64,000 nucleotides of DNA from Naegleria gruberi. Its lineage: Eukaryota. Location of the stretch: the NCBI GenBank assembly GCA_000004985.1, contig GG738854.1, one strand, 5' to 3'. The notes below the pieces were generated by a model. It saw only the letters and a list, made by a program, of their open reading frames with translations, ran no database searches and was not told the origin of the DNA. Shown here in pieces: positions 1-9,000 of this stretch. Position 1 is the stretch's first letter; each line of letters begins with the position of its first letter. The position numbers and the translations under genes are program-made.

Positions 1-688
1 CATTATCCACTCTTTTCATACAGGCTGGATTTAATTTCTTTTCCCATAGTCTAGTATTACAATCATCATCACAATGTTTTTCATAAAATTCATCTTGGCT
101 AATGCCCATTTGCTCACAAGTTATTTTCACATTTCTTTCCATCATTTTGATTCTTTCTGGTTTTGAATAAGTTGGAATGAATGTGATTATTTCATATTTG
201 ATTTCAATTGGTAAATCTACCAACATTTCACTCTTTGTAATCTCAAGTTGATCATATTTCTGATTTGAAAGTGTTTTTATATCCATAGTTATCCAATGGG
301 TGGTTACATTATTCAACATTCTATTAATCCTCTCTAATCCTAAACAATCACTTCGAATATTAGTTGACTGCCAAGCTCGAATCTGATTCTTACTGTTAAT
401 ATCAACAAAATCAATTTGACTAATCTCTAAAACACTTCCTTTTGCACATTGATCAAATAAAAATATCTGAATAGGACTATAATATCTAATTTCATCATTA
501 GAATATCTATCATAATTTTTTAAATTATAGGAAGGATGATTTGATAATGGACGACTAACAAGACATTCACTAGAATAAAGATGTCTCTCATCTAATACTA
601 ATACTTCAAATTTATGTGCACTCGGGAAGGAATTTGCTGCATAGTATAACTCTGCCACCAACGATTCTTTGCTTTGGTGTCTTGTCAT
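1..688 (-). CDS. F-box-like protein, partial at the window edge. The ATG is at 688..686 and the frame stays open through position 1
   Basis: A manual minus-strand translation from the ATG at 688 runs continuously through position 1. Its product includes ...SEMLVDLPIEIKYEIITFIPTYSKPERIKMMERNVKITCEQ..., whose LPxEIxxxIxxFI core resembles an F-box. The ORF track misses it because it has no stop inside the window, and the listed 612..803 ORF is in a different frame. An alternative start is the internal Met at 227..225 (MLVDLPIEI...). A 229-codon open frame in DNA this AT-rich is unlikely to arise by chance. Confidence 0.4.
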   Translation of the reverse strand, partial: MTRHQSKESLVAELYYAANSFPSAHKFEVLVLDERHLYSSECLVSRPLSNHPSYNLKNYDRYSNDEIRYYSPIQIFLFDQCAKGSVLEISQIDFVDINSKNQIRAWQSTNIRSDCLGLERINRMLNNVTTHWITMDIKTLSNQKYDQLEITKSEMLVDLPIEIKYEIITFIPTYSKPERIKMMERNVKITCEQMGISQDEFYEKHCDDDCNTRLWEKKLNPACMKRVDN

Positions 689-900
689 TTTTTTGATTTT
701 TAGTTTCCACTTTTATATGGAAATTCGTTGCATTGTCAACTTGGCTTATTAGAATGTGGCTATTAATCAAAATCCAGCCCAGAAAATTGTTGGATAATCT
801 CATGCAGTTCTTAAAAACCCCAAATGTTTCTTAAAAAATGGTTCATCAGAGAGATTTCAAAAGTTCATAAAAATTGGTTTAAGAAATTACATAAAATAAA

Positions 901-1560
901 ATGCTTGAATTGCCTGATGAAATTCTTCTCACCATCTTTTTAATGATTGAAGATGATGACAAGACATGGAGATCATTGATGCTAACCTGTAAATCTCTGA
1001 AAACAATTTGTTATGACTACAGATATCAAATGGTCAACTTTCCGAAAGCTACTATTAAATTATATCAAGGAAAACCAAATCAATACTACATAAGCCTTGT
1101 CCAATTTGATACAAACTATTCAACATACAAAATACCACATAGGATGGATTGGCCTCATCCTGGGAATACAGACGTGATTACTAGATGGTTTAAATTGAGG
1201 GTTGATCCAAAGACAATGCTTATCCATACATCTGATTATCGTTTCACTAGATCAACAGGAAGATGTTCCCACCACCCTGAAAGTGAGACTCAAATACCTT
1301 ATGCAAGTTGTTTTGGATGCGAATCACCTGGATGTGATGATGCTAAAGCTTGTTGTGATCTAACTGGCACAAGATTTAAATTCAATGCTAAATTCCATCA
1401 TGATGGCTGTGCAAGCAACGGATCATGGAAATTTGAGAAACATAATAAGAAAATTAAATTGACAGGTGGTGGTTATTGTGGTTGGACAACTCCTTTAGCA
1501 GCCAAAACAGAAATAGATGCTGTGCTTGGTGGTTGGTATGTTGGTATTGAGCTTGATTAA
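901..1560 (+). CDS. F-box domain protein with a cysteine-rich C-terminal region
   Basis: This is an ATG-initiated 219-aa ORF. The N-terminus MLELPDEILLTIFLMIEDDDKTWRSLMLTCKSLKTIC fits the F-box consensus (LPxEILxxIFxxL...W..L..CK). The C-terminal half is rich in Cys and His. No introns were detected. Confidence 0.6.
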   Translation: MLELPDEILLTIFLMIEDDDKTWRSLMLTCKSLKTICYDYRYQMVNFPKATIKLYQGKPNQYYISLVQFDTNYSTYKIPHRMDWPHPGNTDVITRWFKLRVDPKTMLIHTSDYRFTRSTGRCSHHPESETQIPYASCFGCESPGCDDAKACCDLTGTRFKFNAKFHHDGCASNGSWKFEKHNKKIKLTGGGYCGWTTPLAAKTEIDAVLGGWYVGIELD

Positions 1561-1909
1561 ACTCCCTTATTAATGTTAATATTCAATTGATTTAGCTTTA
1601 CAAATTAAATAGCCAAATATGATGCCGTCCTTAACACCTACTGAACTCCTCACCACTTGATTTAGAAAATTAAACATGGTTGTGCGCCTTTAATGGTGCT
1701 TGTTCTTCTAGTTCCCCTTACACTCTAAAGCCTTTTTGTAATGATCAGACCGTTTTTCTTGCCTTTTGGCGCCAATCACCTAAAACAGCCGTAGCATCGT
1801 ATCATCCTTGAAAATGCCGCAAAGTTTGAAACAAAAAAATTGAACTAAGCGTCGTTCACGTTCTCTTTTTCATCCCAAGTGAAGACTACTTTGAAATAAA
1901 CAGGGCACG

Positions 1910-3921
1910 ATGAGCTCGTCTAATACTACTATTGCTTCGTTGGAAGCAGCGATTGCACAAACACACACAGACATGGATACCTTGTGGGTGTTGGTATGTA
2001 CCATGATGGTCTTCCTTATGCAGACTGGTTTTTCTTTTTTGGAAGCCGGGTCTGTTAGAAGCACCTCTGTGGTTAATATTTTAACAAAGGTTAGTAAATA
2101 ACAATGAAATAATGGCATACTAACCAATTCAGAATTTATTAGGAACTTGTATGGTCACTATTGCTTGGTGGATTCTAGGATATGGTTTGGCGTAAGTAAT
2201 AATAATTATTTGATGAAGAAATTGTAATCCACTTGCTGATGATTGATGCCATCCACTATAACAGTTTTGGTGACGATACCACATCAGGAACAAGAAACGG
2301 TTTTATAGGCAATGCGTAAGTTTTTAAAAGTCCTCATCAAAATTCTGAAATAATTACTCCTATTTGATATAATATTTTCATTAATATTAATAATATGTGA
2401 TTTCGTTACTGCTTGGTAAGTGTTTTTCAAACCACAAGGCTTGTGATATTAATTATTATTTAGGAGTTCATATAAATCATGGCATATTTGGGTCTTTGAA
2501 TGGGCCTTCGTTGCTGATACTACAACAATTTTATCAGGTGCTATTTCTGAAAGAACCACTACTCATGGTTATTTGATTTATGCTGCCATCTTTGCTGGTT
2601 GGATTTATCCAGTTGTTGCTCACTGGTTCTGGTCTACTTCTGGTTGGTTGTCTCCATTAAAGAAGGATATTGAAGGACCTGGATCATTGGGAGTTATTGA
2701 TTTTGCTGGTTGTGCTGTTGTTCACCTTTTGGGAGGTGTTGCCTCTCTCTGTGGTGCTGTTATTATGGGTCCAAGAAAGGGAAGATGGGTTAAGAAGAAT
2801 GAAAATTACTTCAAGCCTCACAATATTCCTTTCCAATTCTTGGGTACCTTGTTATTGTTCTTGGGTTGGTTTGGTTTCAATCCGTAAGTATTTCCCTTAA
2901 TTACCTTAATTCATTTAACCAATTAATGATAATAATATTAATTTTATAATAATAATTCATTCACAGAGGTTCTACTACTGCCATTTCTAATGGAATGTCT
3001 ATTGTTGCTGCTAAGGCTACAGTAAATACTGTTTTAGCTGCTGCATCTGCTGGTCTTACTGGTGCTTTCATTAGATTGTGTATTCCAAAATTCCTAGTAT
3101 GGGATGCTGGTAATCTTCAAAATTGTGTTTTGGCTGGTCTCGTTGCTGTTACAGCTGGTTGTGCTACTGTTGAACCTTGGGGAGCTGTTTGTATTGGTAT
3201 TATTGCTGCTCCTATTTATATTGGACTTTCATTCCTTTTGAGAAAATTAAAGATTGATGATCCTTTGGATGCTGTTCCAGTCCATGGTGGTTGTGGTTTG
3301 TGGGGTTTAATTGCTGCTGGTATCTTCTCATCACCACGTGGTGTTTCTGCTGCTTATAATGTTGTTTCAACTGGTTCATTGTTCTGGGGTAACGGTGAAC
3401 AATTTGGTATGCAATTCTTGGGTGCTGTTGTTGTTATTGCTTGGGGTGCTGCTTGGTGTATTCCATTGTTCATTATTATGAGATTCATTCCAAGAGGTTT
3501 TGGTTTCAGAATTTCTGAAAAACAAGAAAAGGCTGGAATAGATGTTGCTTTGCATGATGTTGATGGTTATGCTAATATTAATCAAGAAGATTTGGATGAA
3601 AGTTTCAAGAATTGGGTTGAATTTGTTGAATTCCAAAAGGAAAAGAAAAAGCAAAAGATTGCTGAAGAATTGAAGGGTGCTACACCAAAGAAGTCTGAAT
3701 CAACCCAAGATAAGAATGATGTTGAATTGAAGGAAAATAAGCCAATTGAAGCACAAACTGTTGCTACTGCCACTCCAGTTGAAACCACCAATAACGCTAC
3801 TACCCAAGAAACTCCTGTTGCTACTGAAGATAAGGATGTCGCTACCGAAAAGGATGTTGAATTGAAAGAAAATATCACTGCTGAAAACATTAATGTTGAA
3901 ACACCACAAACTAATGTTTAA
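1910..3921 (+). CDS. Ammonium transporter of the Amt/MEP/Rh family. It has 5 exons, join(1910..2089,2133..2191,2265..2315,2464..2883,2967..3921), and encodes about 554 aa
   Basis: Exon 1 reads MSSSNTTIASLEAAIAQTHTDMDTLWVLVCTMMVFLMQTGFSFLEAGSVRSTSVVNILTK. The spliced product continues NLLGTCMVTIAWWILGYGLAFGDDTTSGTRNGFIGNA..WAFVADTTTILSGAISERT...DFAGCAVVHLLGGVASLCGAVIMGPRKGRW...FGFNPGSTTAISNGMSIVAAKATVNT.... These match hallmark Amt motifs, including the D-F-A-G-G-x-V-V-H region and FGFNPGS. Donors are GTTAGT, GTAAGT, GTAAGT and GTAAGT, all acceptors are AG, and reading frame is maintained across every junction by hand count. Intron 1 contains TACTAAC. The C-terminal ~100 aa is an acidic, Thr-rich tail. 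Confidence 0.85.
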
Positions 3922-3971
3922 GTAGAAATTATGTGTTTAATTTCAAACATTATAAAAAATAAACTAACTGA

Positions 3972-4925
3972 TTAATTAAAGATTTGAGCTGATCCATCAA
4001 CTATTGGTAGAATTAATTGACCTGTTTTTTCATCAATAGCAATTGCATAATGATAAATAGTATCGAGTGGAAATGATAAATCTACACGAATTAATTTTTC
4101 AAATTGTTTTTGAAACATGTTAACTCTCTTTGCTTTTCTGTCAACTTGATAAATTAAATCTGTTGATTTTTCATAGAAAATTCCATAAGAACCTCTATCC
4201 ATTAAAGTTGTGTCTGGCTTATTAATAAGGTACCACTTTCCATCTTGTTCATTAATTTTATACATTTCTAGTGGACTCGATGCTTCTAATGCAAAGAATG
4301 ATGTTCTAGATAATACCATTTCTCTTTCTGGTGTGAAAACAATTCCAAAACCACTTCCAATATCCATTTCAGGTACAAATATTGGATCGCTTACTCTTTC
4401 ACCATTTTCAATATCAAATGCAAAAATAGATAAATCAACAACATAAACCAAATTATCCAAAACTGATACGCCCCAAGAACTTTGTAAAATACCAACTTGA
4501 GTTTTCCAAATTAATCCATCATCTTCCTCATTCGTTAATAAAATATTTAAATCAAATTTAAAACACTTTGAATGACCATCTGTATCAACACCTGTCATTA
4601 ATAGAAATGATTCATATATATGCATACCATGTGTCGATATTAAAGTATTAATTGATTTTTTATATTTACTAGTAAATCTATTAAATAAATGTAATTTTCT
4701 ATTTCCTCCTAAAATTATTAAATCTTTATAAATTACAATATCATAACATGTGTAGAGCTTTAGTGATGAATGTAAAAGTGTTTGAATTTTATGATATTGT
4801 TTTGAAAATGATTTTAAATTCATTCCGATTTTATTTTTTAAATAATTAAATAAATATTGTGATGGTGATTGATTTTCACTCTTATCATCATTAGTATGAA
4901 AATCAATCAGATAAAGAGTTGTCAT
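3972..4925 (-). CDS. Hypothetical protein of 317 aa with alternating hydrophobic beta-strand-like segments, possibly a beta-propeller-like fold
   Basis: The ORF is continuous and starts at an ATG (cat at 4923..4925 on the plus strand). Codon usage is typical for the host and there is no low-complexity padding. Segments such as DIVIYKDLIILGG, LVYVVDLSIFAFD and YAIAIDEKTGQLILPIVDG suggest repeated beta-blades. No recognisable catalytic motif was seen. Confidence 0.5.
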   Translation of the reverse strand: MTTLYLIDFHTNDDKSENQSPSQYLFNYLKNKIGMNLKSFSKQYHKIQTLLHSSLKLYTCYDIVIYKDLIILGGNRKLHLFNRFTSKYKKSINTLISTHGMHIYESFLLMTGVDTDGHSKCFKFDLNILLTNEEDDGLIWKTQVGILQSSWGVSVLDNLVYVVDLSIFAFDIENGERVSDPIFVPEMDIGSGFGIVFTPEREMVLSRTSFFALEASSPLEMYKINEQDGKWYLINKPDTTLMDRGSYGIFYEKSTDLIYQVDRKAKRVNMFQKQFEKLIRVDLSFPLDTIYHYAIAIDEKTGQLILPIVDGSAQIFN

Positions 4926-5154
4926 TTTTTTCGTATTTTCAAACTATTTGCTCTTAAATACGAATATTTAAATACTAATTGACTATTTTTACAATGACAA
5001 TTACCAAAAAATAGACCATCTTGAGAATCTCATAACTCCATAGCTATATGATCCAAGCATATGATGTCAAGCAAAGCATGTTCTTGGTCTTCCTCAACAG
5101 TAGTATAATTCGTAGTGTTATCAAGCTTAAATTACCGTTATTTCTTTAAAAAAA

Positions 5155-5986
5155 ATGGCACAAAATAATCCAACGAGAGAATTATATGAAGCCGCTACTA
5201 AGGGAGATTTTTTTGCAGTGAAAAGATTAGTGGAGGGTAGTATTGCTGATGTTAATGCTTACTCACAAGTAGGATTAATAGAAACTGAGGTAAGTTTAAC
5301 ATTCCGATCATGATTAATAAGATGTTTTTAGTGGGTATGTTTTAAAATAGTTGTAATGATGATCATCATCAATAATAGACACCTCTATTTTCAGCAGCTT
5401 TTAAAGGAAATAAGGATATTGTAAATTATTTAATAACTAGGACTTCTATTAATTTAGATATAGGAGATGTAAGTCTATTCAAATGATGATCTAATGCTTA
5501 CAACAATATTAAGAAAGTATGTATTATAACATTTCATTGGAAGAAACAAATATATGTGACATGACACTAGCATGTTGAAGTATGTAGTAATTGAAAGAGT
5601 TTGATAATTTTCATTCTCACAGTGGAATCCACTTCATGGAGCTTCATCAAAGGGTAATTCAGAAATCATTCCAATATTAGTGAAAGCAGGAATTAATGTT
5701 AATAGTACAAGTGTATGTTTATTAATAATTAAATTATTTACTACTCATATTAATAGTATGTAAGTATCACCAAAAGATCATCAACCAATGAATAATAATA
5801 ATGAAATTTCAATAGTTTAATGATACACCACTTCATATTGCAGCATATTTTGGTAGAAGTAATAGTATTGAAGAATTAATTAAATTAGGAGCTGATAAAA
5901 CATTAAAGAATAGTAAAGGACAAACACCACTTGAAGTTGCAGAAATGAGAGGTCATCCAACAAAATTTTTACAACTTTTAAAATAA
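5155..5986 (+). CDS. Ankyrin-repeat protein with 4 exons, join(5155..5289,5379..5468,5623..5712,5816..5986), 161 aa
   Basis: The exons encode MAQNNPTRELYEAATKGDFFAVKRLVEGSIADVNAYSQVGLIETE, then TPLFSAAFKGNKDIVNYLITRTSINLDIGD, then WNPLHGASSKGNSEIIPILVKAGINVNSTS, then FNDTPLHIAAYFGRSNSIEELIKLGADKTLKNSKGQTPLEVAEMRGHPTKFLQLLK*. The TPLHxAAxxGxxxIVxxLI ankyrin consensus recurs. Introns begin GTAAGT, GTAAGT and GTATGT, end in AG, and are all phase 0. Confidence 0.75.
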
Positions 5987-6009
5987 ATTGAATATAATGT
6001 TGTAATAAT

Positions 6010-9000
6010 TTATGCAACATAATGTAATATTGAATTATTTTGTTCATCTCTTTTCAAAAAATCTCTTTCAAGTAAAGATTCAATTCTCTTCTTAATTTGT
6101 TTAACATCAGGAGTAAATATTGGAATTAATTGTGAACTAACTTCATTAAATAATGATTGAATATTCATTGTCTTTCTTGTTTTCATAATTCTAACAACAC
6201 ATGCATCTAAAATATGAACTCTATCTGTACTAACACTTGTTTGTGTACCTTGTGTATCTTTTTGTGTTATTCTTGGTAATGGAATTTTAAGTTTAAATGA
6301 TCGAGATGTAAAATTTTCATTCAATGAAAGTGTCATTTCCTTCTGATTAAATATTAAAATTGGAAATTTTGTTGATGATAATGAAATTATTGATTGTTTC
6401 AAATCAATATCTGAATTATTATTCAAATCAACTGTAGTATTACTTCCAAATGAACTTGATCTTTGATTCATTCCATTATTGGTACTATTATTATTATTGC
6501 TACTATTACTACTATTATTCTGATTAATTGTACCATCAAAATTTAAACCAGTTAAATCTTCAATTTGTTTAACAGATAATTGTAATTGATCATTAAAAAG
6601 TAATAAAATTGAAGCTTGTAAAGTAGAAAGTTCAAATAAATGATTACCATTAATATAATGAGCATGAATTTGAGCCATACTCTTTGAATAAACCCATTTT
6701 AAAACTCTTTTACCATTTCTAGAATCATAAAATTGTTTAAATAAATGTTGTGATTCTAAAAATTCCTTTGGAAGTAACATGTGTTCTTTTGCTTTTAAAG
6801 GCCACATTCCCATAGTTAAAACTGTAACATTAACATCATATGAAAGTTGTAATTGATTTGTTGTAATATAATTTTGAAATTCTAATTTCATATCATTGGC
6901 CATTGTTTTATCTGTTAACATTTTCTCTAATTTATAAGTATCAGCAACACCTCTATAATGATATTTTAATTTAGAAATCATCATTCTTTCTTCTAATTCT
7001 TGATAATCAGTTACTAATAATCTTATAGCAAATAATTTACGATGTTCTTCAATAAACATATCTCTATCTGAAAAGAATTGAATAAAATCAACAATACAAT
7101 CTAATTTCTTTTCATCACTCTTCTTTCTTAATACATCATCTGTATAATAGGCAAATAATTGTACAATTCTAATTTCAAATTGACCAAGTGTTATATTCTT
7201 ATTAACAAATTGTTTAAATCCTTCTGACATGGCCTTATGAAATATTACATTTCTTGAAAATGATCCATTTGTTATATTTTTCATCTTTTGATGAAGTTCT
7301 AATAAATCTTGAACATAGGAATCAATTAAAAATCTAACTACTTTACTATATACTTCATTAGATATTATATGAATATTATTATTAGATGTATTATTAGATG
7401 TATTATTATTATTTGATGTATTAGATGTACTACCATTATTATTACCATTATTATTATTATTATTTAAATTATTATCATTAGATTTAATCATTTCAGATGA
7501 AGCATTTTCATACTTGACAAATAATTCATTTCCAACAAAAATTAAATATTGTTTAAATAAATCAGCAATTGGATCTAAACCACCTTCTAATCTATTCATT
7601 AAACGATATAATCTTTTCAAATCATCAAATTTTTCATCTCTAATTAAAATTTTAACACCACTTCCACTCATTTCTAATAAACGTTTTTGCATATTTTTCA
7701 ATAATTCCAAATCACATAATTTCATTAACTTGTTTTGTGAAAAACTAGTTGGAAATATTGCTTGAATTCTAGTTTGTTCTTGTTGAATACATTCTTCAGC
7801 AAATAATAAATATTCTGTTAAATTATACTTTTCAATCCATTCATTAGCAATTTTATGATAAAATTCACTTGTTTCCTTCTCTGCATATTTTTCAAATTCA
7901 TCAACATAGACCTCACTTGTTGAATGTTGTTGTTGTTGTTGTTGTGTAGATGATGATGATAATTGATTTGATGTTGAATCAATAATCATATTATCATTAT
8001 TACTGCTTGTACCACCACTGCTTGTACCAATATTATTACTTTGTGTAGTATTAGTATTAGTAGTATTATTATTATTATTATTAGCATGATGAAGACCACC
8101 TGTATTTAAAGTAATATTTGGATCATCCATTTCAGAAAATAATTGTAAAGTTTGTTTTAATAATTGTCTTTGTGAAATGTAATAAGAATTATCGGAATTA
8201 TAAAATTTACGATCTTGTGTAATTTTATCAAGTAAAATTTGTCTTAATTGAACTTTACAATGATCAAATATACTTGTTTTAAATAAATAATAAGCTTCAT
8301 ATTTTAAAGTTCTTTTAGTATTTGAAGCAACATAAAATTGATCTAAATATTTAAATATATAGGAACAAAATTTTACAAAAATGTCTCTAAAATTAATCCA
8401 AATAAAAACAATTTCATTTAATAAATCTTCTCCATATTTATCTTTTAATTTTGGTAATATTGTTGTTTGTAAATATTTTTTAATATAAATTGAATATAAA
8501 TTATATAATTGTTCTTCATAATAAACTGAATCAGGTAAAATACATAAATTATATATAGTTGTAAATAATAATACATGTTCATCATTCTCCCATGGTTTTA
8601 ATTCATTCAAATTTTGACTTTCTCTTTTACCATTTACAAATGTTTCTAATTTTTTTAAACTTTTATAAATTTCATACCAAGTTTCACGTAATTTTTGACT
8701 TCTTGTTTGATCATTTGTATTATTAGTTGTAGTATTATTAGTATTATTACCATTATTAATAGTGGATGGAGTTGTTGAACTTGTTCCACCACTACTACTA
8801 CTAGTAGCAGTGATAGTATTATTATTATTATTAGAATTATTATTAGAATTATGATTAATTTGATGAGAATTGGTTGGAGTATGATGAAGATGACTATTTG
8901 GAGTTGAAGAATTTGGTTGAATGGGTGGTTTCTTTTGAGGAGTAGAAGGATTTGAATTAATTGATTGATTTCCTAGATTAGTTGGTGGTTGTTGTAAAAA

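Noticed and set aside
612-803. 63-aa minus-strand ORF from the track
   Set aside because: It lies in a different frame from the much longer open minus-strand frame (ATG at 688 running past position 1). It has no recognisable features and most likely falls in the 5' UTR or promoter region.
1617-1650. Box C/D snoRNA candidate (atgatgc … ctga)
   Set aside because: The C-like and D-like boxes are only ~20 nt apart and no terminal stem is present. This is too short to be a box C/D snoRNA.
1870-2127. 85-aa minus-strand ORF
   Set aside because: It is antisense to exon 1 of the ammonium transporter. The plus-strand reading has strong family motifs.
2670-2900. 76-aa alternative-frame plus-strand ORF
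   Set aside because: It is an out-of-frame overlap within Amt exon 4.
3376-3909. Three minus-strand ORFs (3376..3654, 3582..3890, 3700..3909)
   Set aside because: They are antisense to Amt exon 5. Their low-complexity translations are typical of the reverse strand of coding DNA.
4210-4446. 78-aa plus-strand ORF
   Set aside because: It is antisense to the 317-aa minus-strand gene.
7514-7765. 83-aa plus-strand ORF
   Set aside because: It is antisense to the 1326-aa cullin.
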